Of a stretch of DNA of 64,000 nt, positions 11,122 through 23,453 are shown piece after piece. The stretch is from NCBI GenBank assembly GCA_020891255.1, contig BQFW01000007.1, positions 1 to 64,000 of the forward strand, written 5' to 3'. Positions within the stretch are counted from its first letter, which is position 1. Each line of letters starts with the position of its first letter. A model generated the notes under the pieces. The model was not told where the DNA came from. It saw nothing but the letters and a program-made list of their open reading frames with translations, and did not search any database. A program made the position numbers and the translations under genes. This DNA comes from Entomortierella parvispora E1425. Lineage: Eukaryota > Fungi > Mortierellomycota.

Positions 11122-14100
11122 TGCAATAGGAGTATCGAGGGTGGAGTGGAGACAAGAAGTGAGTTTTATTATATTGCAAGTTTCTAGCTTTTGTAGGTAC
11201 ACATCGCGTGATGTCACCGTATTCCTGTTACACCTTCCCCTTTTAAAAAATGATACCGTGCTGCTCTTTGAAGGTTGTGACCAAGTCCATGCAGTTGTCC
11301 AAGTTGCTTACTGGGAGCCATTCGTCAGCTTCTCTGCCGTAGCCTTTGAATGACACTAGGAACTGGTGTTGTCTGCGGTAGAAGCGGTACTTTAAAATTT
11401 CGTCCACTTCATACTCCTCTTCGCCGTCAATTACAGTGGGATCCACGGGGGCAGGAGCTCGAATGCCGAGTGACTCCGGGGACGGCAAATAGGGTCGAAA
11501 GGTATCAACGTGGAAGACGTCATGGATTTTGTAGAATGGTGGCAGCTCGACGCGGAAGGTGACAGGTGAGTGTTGCTCCAAAAGTGTGAACGGGCCAAGG
11601 AATTGAGGTCGAAGTTTATCGGCTGGTCTGATACTGTCGGCAGGGATGGTGATATTGGTGGCACGCAGCAGGACCTTATCGCCAACCTTGTACTTGTGAT
11701 CCCGTCGTCGCTTGTTTGCCTGTTGCTCCTGATGATCCTGAGCACGCTGCAGAGCATCCTGGGCCAGGGCAAGGGTGGTCGCCTGCTCAGTCAGGAAGGT
11801 ATCGACAGTGGGGACTGAGCTGCTGGGTTTACCGAGGAGAGCGGTGGGGAGACGAGGGTGCTGGCCAGAGTTGAGGAAGAACGGCGAGTATCCCGTGGAT
11901 GCATTGACAGCGTTGTTATAGGCGAATTCCAGTGACGGAAGGAGCTGGTCCCAGTTAGACTGCTTGTTGTCAATAAACGCTCTCAACATAGTCTTCAGCG
12001 TCTTGTTCATAACCTCTGTCTGCCCATCCGTCTGTGGGTGGTAGGCGGTTGACAGTGCAAGTTTGACATCCATTAGCCTGTGCAACTCTTGCCAGAATCT
12101 ACTAGTGAATCGAGTGTCGCGGTCCGAGATGATGGATGTTGGTGTGCCATGCAGCTTAAAGATGTTGTCAAAAAACTGGTGGGCGACGTCGACGGCTGTG
12201 GCAGAGGTAGTACTGGGGACGAAGTGAGCTTGCTTGGTCAGCTTGTCGACAAACACTGTGATGGCGTCAAAATTTCTAGCTGTGGGCGGAAGAGGGCCGA
12301 TGAAGTCCATGGTGACTACCTCCCAACGTTGCGAAGGAATGGGTAGCGGTTGCAAGAGTCCAGCTGGTCGATCCTGTGAGTCCTTGTTCCTTTGACACTT
12401 CTCGCAGGTTGCTACATACTGCTGGGTATCCTTGGCGATGTGGGGCCAATATACGAAACGGCGCAGGTTGTCGTAAGTCTTTTGAAAACCAAAGTGTCCA
12501 GCAGTGGCAGAGTCGTGAGCGTCGTGCAAGAGAGTGAGGCGGATCGGGGAGTGCCGAGGGATGGCCAGGGTGGTTGCTCCACGTCGGGTAAAGTAGAGGA
12601 GGTTGTTCTGGAATGAATATCCATTGGCAACCTTCCCATCCAGGCAATCCTTGTAGATGGGTCCAAGTCGAGGATCGTCGTTGTAGTCCTGGACAAGCTG
12701 GTCACGGACGTCCGGGGACAGGGAGACGCTGAGGTTGTATAGCTCAACAGGGTCAGGCTCGCGGTAGTCCGGTCGTCGGGAGAGAGCGTCTGGGACGATG
12801 TTGTCAACTCCTCGCTTGTACTTGAAGTCAAAGTCGTATTCCTGAAGCAACTCCATCCAGCGAGCCTGTCGACGAGTGAGTTTGGGCTGTGTGGGGGAAG
12901 TGGCGGAGGGTGGCGTGGTCGGTGTGGACGCTGAACTTGGTTCCATCGAGGTAGTAGCGCCAAGTGCGGAGCGCATGGATGACAGCCAACAGTTCCTGCT
13001 CATGGACAGGGTAGTTCCGCTCAGCTGACTGCATTTTCCTGGAAGTGAATGCGATGGGATGGGTATTCCCTTCCCGGTCAGTCTGCAGCAGCACTGCACC
13101 GATGGCGAAACCGGATGCATCTGTTTCGACAAAGGTGAGAGATCAGGGTCGAAGATGCGGAGGACGGGGGCGGAGCAGATGGCGCGTTTGAGCTGAAGGA
13201 ATGCAGATTGTTGTTCGTCGGTCCATTTGAAGGGAGTGTTGTTGGCGAGGAGGGAAGAGAGAGGGAGGGCAATCCCTGCAAAGCCCGATACGTACTGTTG
13301 ATAAAATTGCGCAAGCCCCAAAAATTGCTGGACGTCCTTTGTGCTCTTGGGGGTGGGCCAGTCACTGATGGCTTTGCTGAGCCCGGCCGATGTTTTGATC
13401 CCGTCCTTCGTGATGGTGTGGCCCAAAAATTCAGTTTCGTCTTGCATGAAGGAGCACTTGCTCAATTTCGCGTACAGACCATTCTTGCGGAGGAGAGCCA
13501 GGACGCTTCGGAGATGCTGCAGGTGTTCTTTCTTTGTCTTGGAGTAGATCAACAGATCGTCGAGATACACGACAACCCATTTGTCCAAGACTGGATCGAG
13601 TACTCGCAACATCATATTGGAGAACGAAGCAGGAGCGTTAGTAAGGCCAAAGGGAACAACATTGAATTCAAAGTGACCATAGCGACAACGGAAGGCAGTC
13701 TTGTGTGTGTGTGGTTCAAAGATACGCTGCTGATGATAACCGGATAACAAGTCCAACTTGGAGTAATAGCGTGCTCCACGGAAGCGGTCAAGTAGCTCGT
13801 CGATACGGGGCAACGGGTGTCTGTTCTTCCTGGTGATCTTGTTGAGGCCACGGTAGTCGACGCACATTCGGAGTGTGCTGTCCTTCTTCCGCACAAAGAG
13901 CACGGGGGCGCCATAGGGAGAGGTATTGGGTTTGATAAAACCTGCTGCTAGCAATTGGTCCAGTTGTTTGCGAAGTTCGTCAAGCTCGGCGATTGAAAGT
14001 CTAATGACAGGGCGGAAGGGTGGGTCGGCTGTCGGGTCGGTCTCGATCTTCATAGCATCACCACGGTCTGGGGGCAGGCCGTCCGGGAGTTTCTCCGGAA

Positions 14101-16155
14101 AGACATCAGCGAACTCTTCCATGACAATGGACCGCACCTCTGGGGTCATATCGGGAATTGTACGCGGTTGGTCAGTTTCTTCAGAGGGCTCTGGGGTGTT
14201 GCGAATAAGGGCCAGGAACACCTCCGAGCCGGGCAGGGTTGCCATGGAATGAAAGTGCATGTGTGTGAGGAGGAGTCCTTTGGTGCGGCTTTGGATGTGA
14301 TCGGCCTTGAAGCCGCGGCAGCTCCATTTGACATCGATTCCATTGTGAGTGAAATGAAGATCGTTGGTGCGCCAATTGATGCAAGGGTTAACTTTGGTGA
14401 GCCAGGGTTTGCCAAGGATGAGGTCGTATTTGTTGAGAGGATAGAGAATAGGGTTGAGCGAATCGGAGTAGTCGCTGCGGTTGAGGGTGATGGGGACGGT
14501 GTGTGATGTAAGGGAGGAAGAGCCATTGGGGAGGAGGATGGGGATGGGCAAGCATTCAGTGCGGAGGAGCTGGTGTCGCTTTTACCACCATCAATCAGGA
14601 TTCTGGCAGCGTGGCCATTGACAGAACCGATGAAAGTGAGCAGTTGGCTCTCTGCCTTTTGGACAGTGAATTCGTGTAGGCGAATCGCACGACGCTTCAA
14701 CTTCTTCAACTGACTTTTAGACAGAGGTACGCTAGGTGCCGGCGGTACAGCGAGAGGGTCCGGTTCATCTGTATCGGAGGATCTAGGTAGAGGAGCGGAC
14801 AGGGCAACTGGAGCGGGCGAGGCAACAGGGTTTTTGGTTTGGTTTTGGTTTCGGTCCGATAGAACAACCAGAGCATCGTGGATGTGAGTTCGCTTGTCAT
14901 GATTGGAGTCATGTTTCTGAGGTGTAGAATCAAGTGAAGTTTTATTTGAGGTACTTAGCTCAGGGTTGTTGGCTACAGTTTCGACAACTGGGGTCCGGAC
15001 CGACCCTAGTTGCCGGAGGCTTTTCCCGAATCAGGGGATTCACCCGCGGTTACTTGATTAATTCCTCGGCTGCCGTTGCCGTACTTAGGGCAATTGGGAC
15101 TGATGTGACCCAATTCGCGGCAGCGGAAGCAGCCACCGTTACGTACAAGGTACTCTCGGTCGGCGGCGGTCAGGGGTGCGGGGCGATCTCGAGAAGGGTT
15201 GTTAGTACCGTTGGTGGGGCGGTTCTGTAAGGAGCGGTGAAGGGTGCCGAGTTGCTTGTGGATATTGTTGAGTTGGATATGAATATTGTCCACTTCCATT
15301 GCGTTGGGGTCGGTGATACCAGCAGAGGATCCCGAGGCAGCCAGTGCTTTGGCACCGAGTGATGGGTCTTCAGTGTGGAAGATACGACCGAACTCCTCCG
15401 CGGCCTTAAAGAGTCTGGGCAGATCTATGGTGTCGTTGCCTGCATTAACAATGGCCACTTCCAGCATCTGGCGAAGCTGAGTAGGTGCACCACTGAGAAA
15501 GGCAGTGCGGATAGTATCGTTGAGAACTGCGTTGTCGGCGTAGTAAGACTGGAGGAGTAGGTGGTATTCACGGGCTTTGGTAATATAGGCCATGACGTTG
15601 GAGATGTTCAGTGGCAGTGTCATTTTCATTTGCATTGTGAGGGCGAGAATGTGCTCCTTAAACTTCGCAGGGCTGAACTCGGCGGCAAGGAGCTCGCTGA
15701 AATCCGGGAATGAGGTGTCGGATGGCTTGTTTAAGAGTGCCCACCAGCCGATAACCTCATCGCCGGCAAAGGCAAGGGTAACCCCGACCTTGCGAGATTC
15801 GGCAATTCCAGCGCCATCGAAGAAAAAGGTCATGCGTTTCAGAAAACCGAGAACAGAGAATCCGTCGCGCTTGCCGTTGAACGGTGTTGGATGAGGGAAT
15901 TTGAATGACGGTGTCGCGGAGTCCATGTTGGGTGAATTGTCGAGGGAGAGTTGATCGAAGAGGGATACGAGGGGGTCCAGGGTGTGAGTGTGTCGGAGGG
16001 TCAGTGGGTCAGTGAGGTCAGTGGATCGAAAACCTTTGCTACCATGCAATAGGAGTATCGAGGGTGGAGTGGAGACAAGAAGTGAGTTTTATTATATTGC
16101 AAGTTTCTAGCTTTTGTAGGTACACATCGCGTGATGTCACCGTATTCCTGTTACA
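11122..16155 (-). mobile_element. Family A copy A3: two LTRs but non-matching flanks, defective
   Basis: LTRs 11122-11232 and 16045-16155; gag 15006-15926; pol ORF 11243-14551 with out-of-frame RNase H segment; ~31-bp deletion just after protease DGG near 14583; flanks CGCAT versus ATCGG. Confidence 0.93.
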
Positions 16156-16306
16156 ATCGGGCAGGAAGTGGGGGGGGGGGGATGTGTATGTGTTCTGTAA
16201 CGATCAAACAAAGGACTGCTCTGAACACGAAATTATATTAACGCAATCTTTTAAGGGTATCTAAACTGACTTCTACAAATGTGTGATCTGTATCTACTAC
16301 ACCACA
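16156..16306 (-). repeat. Partial LTR of element X (U3 end), with a small internal deletion
   Basis: Matches the end of 25845-26352, finishing CTACACCACA; lacks the CAAACG...CAATT stretch. Confidence 0.9.
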
Positions 16307-17490
16307 ACGCCACCTTCCCTGGTGAACATCTAGCTATAGATCTTGCTCAATTTCAGCAGAGTTCTAACAACCACGTCTACGCCCTAGTCGTCGTTGACGT
16401 CTGCACCCGCTTTGTCTTCTTACGTCCCCTCAAGACGAAAGAGGCTTCTGTAATCGCTAGAGAGCTCTTCACGCTCTTCAGTGATATTGGCCCTCCAAAG
16501 ATCGTACAGACAGACAACGGCTCGGAATTTTCTAATCTATTGTTGGACTCAGTTCTAACGCTTCTCCAAACGCAACATCGTTTGTCAACCCCTTACCACC
16601 CTCGCGGTAATGGCATTGCTGAACGACTTGTTCGCTCATCCAAGGAATTGCTGCGCAAAGTGCTCCACGGCAAAGTCCTTGACTGGGACTCGTACCTCCC
16701 AGCAGTTCAATTCTCTCTCAACACTAAAGTAGCGAGTCTACACAGTTCCACTCCATTTTCTCTATTCTATGGCCGCGCTTATTCAAGCGCCAGCAACTTC
16801 AAACAAATCAAGTCTGAACTCCTCACTCCCAAAGATCTTGACGATCGTCTTGAGTATCTCACAAACATTGTCTTCCCCGCTATCTCTGAAAAGAGCAAAG
16901 CCAGCCAGAAACAAATGGTTGACAAGTTCAATCGCTCTCACCATATCACAGAGTTTCCTGTTGGATCATTTGTCATGACCAAAGACATGGAAGCCACTGG
17001 CTCTCTTGATGCACGCTACGACGGCCCTTACAAAGTTGTCGCGCGCACTTCTCATGGCACTTATACTCTGAAGGATACCACCAACACCATCCTCTCTCGC
17101 AACTTTGCACCCGAGCAATTGAAGCTCGCCCTCCGCGATGACGAAGAAGAAGACAACAACAGTTATGAACTCGAAAAGATCATTGGGCACCGTGATATTG
17201 CCCCCGGGGAGACGGTTTACATGGTTAAATGGAAGAACTACGATAGCTCACACAACCAAGAGTTGCCAGAATCCGCTTTCAACTCCAAAACAATCATTCC
17301 ACGCTACTATAGACAATTGCAAAAAACGAATCCTGAGCTCGTGCCCGCCAACAGGATGCAGCCCGAACCCAAAGCTAAAATCAAGAGCACAGGTCCCGCT
17401 GCGAAAAAGAAATCTGTCACCTTCGCACAGACAACCAAGGCCGTCACGACAAGAACAACACGCTCGACTCGACCCAGTACCAACAAATAA
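16307..17490 (+). pseudogene. Family C fragment: Ty3/gypsy integrase core, GPY motif and chromodomain
   Basis: PGEHLAIDL, QTDNGSEF, GIAERL (DDE); YDGPY; YELEKII...VKWKNY; unrelated in DNA sequence to A and B; the ORF start at 16279 lies in the X LTR. Confidence 0.9.
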
Positions 17491-17529
17491 CTCCTGTTCG
17501 AAGAATCCCGCTTCGAGGTTTTTGCACGC

Positions 17530-18565
17530 TGTGGTGTAGTAGATGTGGAGTCCCGATCCACATCAATCGGAGTAGATATACATTTTCAGTAGCATTTATT
17601 ATTTTGTTTAGTTTCAGTTTTTTTTTCTATAAAGAAGGGAGCAAAATCCATTTTGCTCCTGGTTGCCTTTTTCCTTTACGATTCCTGCCAGTACACTTTT
17701 GTTGAACCCTTCAGAACACAAACATACATCCCCCCCTTCCTGCCCGATATCCCCTTTGCAGCAGCAGCAAGCTCGACGCCTTAATTCCGATTGCTGAGAC
17801 TATTAGTAGCTAGTCTAAACCTCCTCCCCTTACCTTTGGATATCACAGACCTATTGCGTTCTGTTGATCGACCTTGTACACTCACAAGTTACGATCTTCC
17901 CCGTCCTCGACAAGTCCCGTCAAGAACCTCGGCCAACCAGTTCTCCGTGTCCTTGCTCACTTACGAGGTACCAACAATGTCTTGTCTCTTTTGAGTGGAC
18001 TTGTACGATCTTGGCATCCCACCCTGAGGCCTTAACTGGCGCTTGGGCACCCTGAGACCTTAACTGGTGCTTGGGAACCTCCCTTATCTTCTCGTCGCCT
18101 TCCCTCGAGTCCCTCCTGAACCCTCAGTTAGGCGGCCTTGTCCCCTTTCCCTGGATAGAATACTTCTAGCCTTGCTCTTACTGATTAGATCCCTTCAATC
18201 CTCCCTTGTTGTTGTTATTAGTTAGTATAGTACCTAGTGTTCGCCTCCGTAGTTGTTTATTCTCCTGTTTGGTTACCATTAGGACGTGCTTAGCTCATTG
18301 GTATGTCCTTATTAGTCTCCTTTCAGTTTCGTTCCTGCTTATATCGTGATCCTGTTGCTCATTCTCCTCCTCCTGTCTATCCAGTTCATTCTCTCGAGAT
18401 TGTATCTGATCATATAGCAGTGCTGTGCTTGATCCTTGTGGCACAGAGAGCAAAGTCCCTATCATATGTAAGCAGCGAGCTTTGTTCGTTATTATTCTTT
18501 TCGTTATCATTTTCACCTCCAGCCTTTGCTGACGTTAGACTATACTTACTTTAGACAACATCACA
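17530..18565 (+). repeat. Family B LTR, longest version (1,036 bp)
   Basis: TG...CA with terminal inverted repeat TGTGGTGT / ACATCACA; internal 28-bp tandem duplication near 18021-18076; three other copies in the window. Confidence 0.93.
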
Positions 18566-18578
18566 CCCGAAGCCAATT

Positions 18579-18596
18579 TGGTGGAGAACCTGGGCA
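18579..18596 (+). promoter_or_regulatory. PBS of family B, tRNA-Ala-like, 13 nt downstream of the LTR
   Basis: TGGTGGAGAACCTGGGCA is the complement of ...TGCCCAGGTTCTCCACCA, a tRNA-like CCA end; the Ala assignment is from recalled tRNA-Ala 3' ends (TCTCCACCA). Confidence 0.7.
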
Positions 18597-19637
18597 ATTA
18601 CAAGCCCTCCCGTCTGAGATTAAAGAGAAACTCTTCTTCTTTCCGATACCAATTTGAAACCAGTCTTCATTGGATCCCAACATGACTCTGCGCAGCTCCG
18701 ATAGTATCTCCGCGGACCGGTGTGGTGTTGCTACAATGGGTTGGGGATCGGTCGTAGCTCAAAGAGAGAGGGGCTGGTCACAAGTGATCAAGGGAAAGGG
18801 GATTGCTTGCGAGGGGGAGGATAGACGTTGCAGGATCTCACTGTCTAAACTGTGTGAACCAAGTATCAATAAAGATCTCAGTCCGGTGGAAGCTCAAGAC
18901 TTGTACGAAGGCAAGCTTGATCGGCAGAACAGGGTCTGTGATATCCAAAGGTAAAGGGGGGGGAGGAGGTTAGACTAGCTACTAATAGTCTCAGCAATCG
19001 GAATTAAGGCGTCGATCTTGCTGCTGCTGCAAAGGGGATATCGGGCAGGAAGTGGGGGGGGATGTGTATGTGTTCTGTAACGATCAAACAAAGGCAAACG
19101 AAAAAGTAGGGAAGGAAGCGACCCAGAGCAATTACTGCTCTGAACACGAAATTATATTAACGCAATCTTTTAAGGGTATCTAAACTGACTTCTACAAATG
19201 TGTGATCTGTATCTACTACACCACACCGATCCCAGCTGCCTCATACGAGCTATTCAAGGCGAGTGCCAAGTGAGTTGCTAATACCAAGAGCTAAGATCCC
19301 CAAAGTCGACATAAGGAGACCAAAACATATAGTAGAACAGAAGCAAATAAAGGAACGGTAGTGGCGGCCAACTACAAAGTAAATAACGACTGAAGGGCAG
19401 TCATTACTACGTGCGAGCGCGAAGACTGGACTCAATTCGGGATCCATTGAGTGCCACTTCGAATAAGAATGTTCTTGAGCCAGACGAATGGCCTATTCGA
19501 CTGGAGGGAGCGATTCTGCAATAGGAGTATCGAGGGTGGAGTGGAGACAAGAAGTCAGTTTTATTATATTGCAAGTTTCTAGCTTTTGTAGGTACACATC
19601 GCGTGATGTCACCGTATTCCTGTTACACCTTCCCCTT

Positions 19638-22600
19638 TTAAAAAATGATACCGTGCTGCTCTTTGAAGGTTGTGACCAAGTCCATGCAGTTGTCCAAGTT
19701 GCTTACTGGGAGCCATTCGTCAGCTTCTCTGCCGTAGCCTTTGAATGACACTAGGAACTGGTGTTGTCTGCGGTAGAAGCGGTACTTTAAAATTTCGTCC
19801 ACTTCATACTCCTCTTCGCCGTCAATTACAGTGGGATCCACGGGGGCAGGAGCTCGAATGCCGAGTGACTCCGGGGACGGCAAATAGGGTCGAAAGGTAT
19901 CAACGTGGAAGACGTCATGGATTTTGTAGAATGGTGGCAGCTCGACGCGGAAGGTGACAGGTGAGTGTTGCTCCAAAAGTGTGAACGGGCCAAGGAATTG
20001 AGGTCGAAGTTTATCGGCTGGTCTGATACTGTCGGCAGGGATGGTGATATTGGTGGCACGCAGCAGGACCTTATCGCCAACCTTGTACTTGTGATCCCGT
20101 CGTCGCTTGTTTGCCTGTTGCTCCTGATGATCCTGAGCACGCTGCAGAGCATCCTGGGCCAGGGCAAGGGTGGTCGCCTGCTCAGTCAGGAAGGTATCGA
20201 CAGTGGGGACTGAGCTGCTGGGTTTACCGAGGAGAGCGGTGGGGAGACGAGGGTGCTGGCCAGAGTTGAGGAAGAACGGCGAGTATCCCGTGGATGCATT
20301 GACAGCGTTGTTATAGGCGAATTCCAGTGACGGAAGGAGCTGGTCCCAGTTAGACTGCTTGTTGTCAATAAACGCTCTCAACATAGTCTTCAGCGTCTTG
20401 TTCATAACCTCTGTCTGCCCATCCGTCTGTGGGTGGTAGGCGGTTGACAGTGCAAGTTTGACATCCATTAGCCTGTGCAACTCTTGCCAGAATCTACTAG
20501 TGAATCGAGTGTCGCGGTCCGAGATGATGGATGTTGGTGTGCCATGCAGCTTAAAGATGTTGTCAAAAAACTGGTGGGCGACGTCGACGGCTGTGGCAGA
20601 GGTAGTACTGGGGACGAAGTGAGCTTGCTTGGTCAGCTTGTCGACAAACACTGTGATGGCGTCAAAATTTCTAGCTGTGGGCGGAAGAGGGCCGATGAAG
20701 TCCATGGTGACTACCTCCCAACGTTGCGAAGGAATGGGTAGCGGTTGCAAGAGTCCAGCTGGTCGATCCTGTGAGTCCTTGTTCCTTTGACACTTCTCGC
20801 AGGTTGCTACATACTGCTGGGTATCCTTGGCGATGTGGGGCCAATATACGAAACGGCGCAGGTTGTCGTAAGTCTTTTGAAAACCAAAGTGTCCAGCAGT
20901 GGCAGAGTCGTGAGCGTCGTGCAAGAGAGTGAGGCGGATCGGGGAGTGCCGAGGGATGGCCAGGGTGGTTGCTCCACGTCGGGTAAAGTAGAGGAGGTTG
21001 TTCTGGAATGAATATCCATTGGCAACCTTCCCATCCAGGCAATCCTTGTAGATGGGTCCAAGTCGAGGATCGTCGTTGTAGTCCTGGACAAGCTGGTCAC
21101 GGACGTCCGGGGACAGGGAGACGCTGAGGTTGTATAGCTCAACAGGGTCAGGCTCGCGGTAGTCCGGTCGTCGGGAGAGAGCGTCTGGGACGATGTTGTC
21201 AACTCCTCGCTTGTACTTGAAGTCAAAGTCGTATTCCTGAAGCAACTCCATCCAGCGAGCCTGTCGACGAGTGAGTTTGGGCTGTGTGGGGAAGTGGCGG
21301 AGGGTGGCGTGGTCGGTGTGGACGCTGAACTTGGTTCCATCGAGGTAGTAGCGCCAAGTGCGGAGCGCATGGATGACAGCCAACAGTTCCTGCTCATGGA
21401 CAGGGTAGTTCCGCTCAGCTGACTGCATTTTCCTGGAAGTGAATGCGATGGGATGGGTATTCCCTTCCCGGTCAGTCTGCAGCAGCACTGCACCGATGGC
21501 GAAACCGGATGCATCTGTTTCGACAAAGGTGAGAGATCGGGGTCGAAGATGCGGAGGACGGGGGCGGAGCAGATGGCGCGTTTGAGCTGAAGGAATGCAG
21601 ATTGTTGTTCGTCGGTCCATTTGAAGGGAGTGTTGTTGGCGAGGAGGGAAGAGAGAGGGAGGGCAATCCCTGCAAAGCCCGATACGTACTGTTGATAAAA
21701 TTGCGCAAGCCCCAAAAATTGCTGGACGTCCTTTGTGCTCTTGGGGGTGGGCCAGTCACTGATGGCTTTGCTGAGCCCGGCCGATGTTTTGATCCCGTCC
21801 TTCGTGATGGTGTGGCCCAAAAATTCAGTTTCGTCTTGCATGAAGGAGCACTTGCTCAATTTCGCGTACAGACCGTTCTTGCGGAGGAGAGCCAGGACGC
21901 TTCGGAGATGCTGCAGGTGTTCTTTCTTTGTCTTGGAGTAGATCAACAGATCGTCGAGATACACGACAACCCATTTGTCCAAGACTGGATCGAGCACTCG
22001 CAACATCATATTGGAGAACGAAGCAGGAGCGTTAGTAAGGCCAAAGGGAACAACATTGAACTCAAAGTGACCATAGCGACAACGGAAGGCAGTCTTGTGT
22101 GTGTGTGGTTCAAAGATACGCTGCTGATGATAACCGGATAACAAGTCCAACTTGGAGTAATAGCGTGCTCCACGGAAGCGGTCAAGAAGCTCGTCGATAC
22201 GGGGCAACGGGTGTCTGTTCTTCCTGGTGATCTTGTTGAGGCCACGGTAGTCGACGCACATTCGGAGTGTGCCGTCCTTCTTCCGCACAAAGAGCACGGG
22301 GGCGCCATAGGGAGAGGTACTGGGTTTGATAAAACCTGCTGCTAGCAATTGGTCCAGTTGTTTGCGAAGTTCGTCAAGCTCGGCGATTGAAAGTCTAATG
22401 ACAGGGCGGAAGGGTGGGTCGGCTGTCGGGTCGGTCTCGATCTTCATAGCATCACCACGGTCTGGGGGCAGGCCGTCCGGGAGTTTCTCCGGAAAGACAT
22501 CAGCGAACTCTTCCATGACAATGGACCGCACCTCTGGGGTCATATCGGGAATTGTACGCGGTTGGTCAGTTTCTTCAGAGGGCTCTGGGGTGTTGCGAAT

Positions 22601-23453
22601 AAGGGCCAGGAACACCTCCGAGCCGGGCAGGGTTGCCATGGAATGAAAGTGCATGTGTGTGAGGAGGAGTCCTTTGGTGCGGCTTTGGATGTGATCGGCC
22701 TTGAAGCCGCGGCAGCTCCATTTGACATCGATTCCATTGTGAGTGAAATGAAGATCGTTGGTGCGCCAATTGATGCAAGGGTTAACTTTGGTGAGCCAGG
22801 GTTTGCCAAGGATGAGGTCGTATTTGTTGAGAGGATAGAGAATAGGGTTGAGCGAATCGGAGTAGTCGCTGCGGTTGAGGGTGATGGGGACGGTGTGTGA
22901 TGTGAGGGAGGAAGAGCCATTGGGGAGGAGGATGGGGATGGGCAAGCATTCAGTGCGGAGGAGCTGGTGTCGCTTTTGAAAAGACGAACTGATAATATTA
23001 CCTTCTGCACCACCATCAATCAGGATTCTGGCAGCGTGGCCATTGACAGAACCGATGAAAGTGAGCAGTTGGCTCTCTGCCTTTTGGACAGTGAATTCGT
23101 GTAGGCGAATCGCACGACGCTTCAACTTCTTCAACTGACTTTTTGGACAGAGGTACACTAGGTGCCGGCGGTACAGCGAGAGGGTCCGGTTCATCTGTAT
23201 CGGAGGATCTAGGTAGAGGAGCGGACAGGGCAACTGGAGCGGGCGAGGCAACAGGTTTTTTGGTTTGGTTTTGGTTTCGGTCCGATAGAACAACCAGAGC
23301 ATCGTGGATGTGAGTTCGCTTGTCATGATTGGAGTCATGTTTCTGAGGTGTAGAATCAAGTGAAGTTTTATTTGAGGTACTTAGCTCAGGGTTGTTGGCT
23401 ACAGTTTCGACAACTGGGGTCCGGACCGACCCTAGTTGCCGGAGGCTTTTCCC
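19638..23453 (-). CDS. pol: Pol of A4 (one apparent frameshift near 21530)
   Basis: ORFs 20807-23359 and 19638-21620 overlap at a CTCTC versus CTCCTC difference; all domains present. Confidence 0.85.

Noticed and set aside
16279-16306. Start of the 403-aa ORF as a real gene start
   Set aside because: The ATG lies in the X LTR; the fusion to the C integrase is incidental
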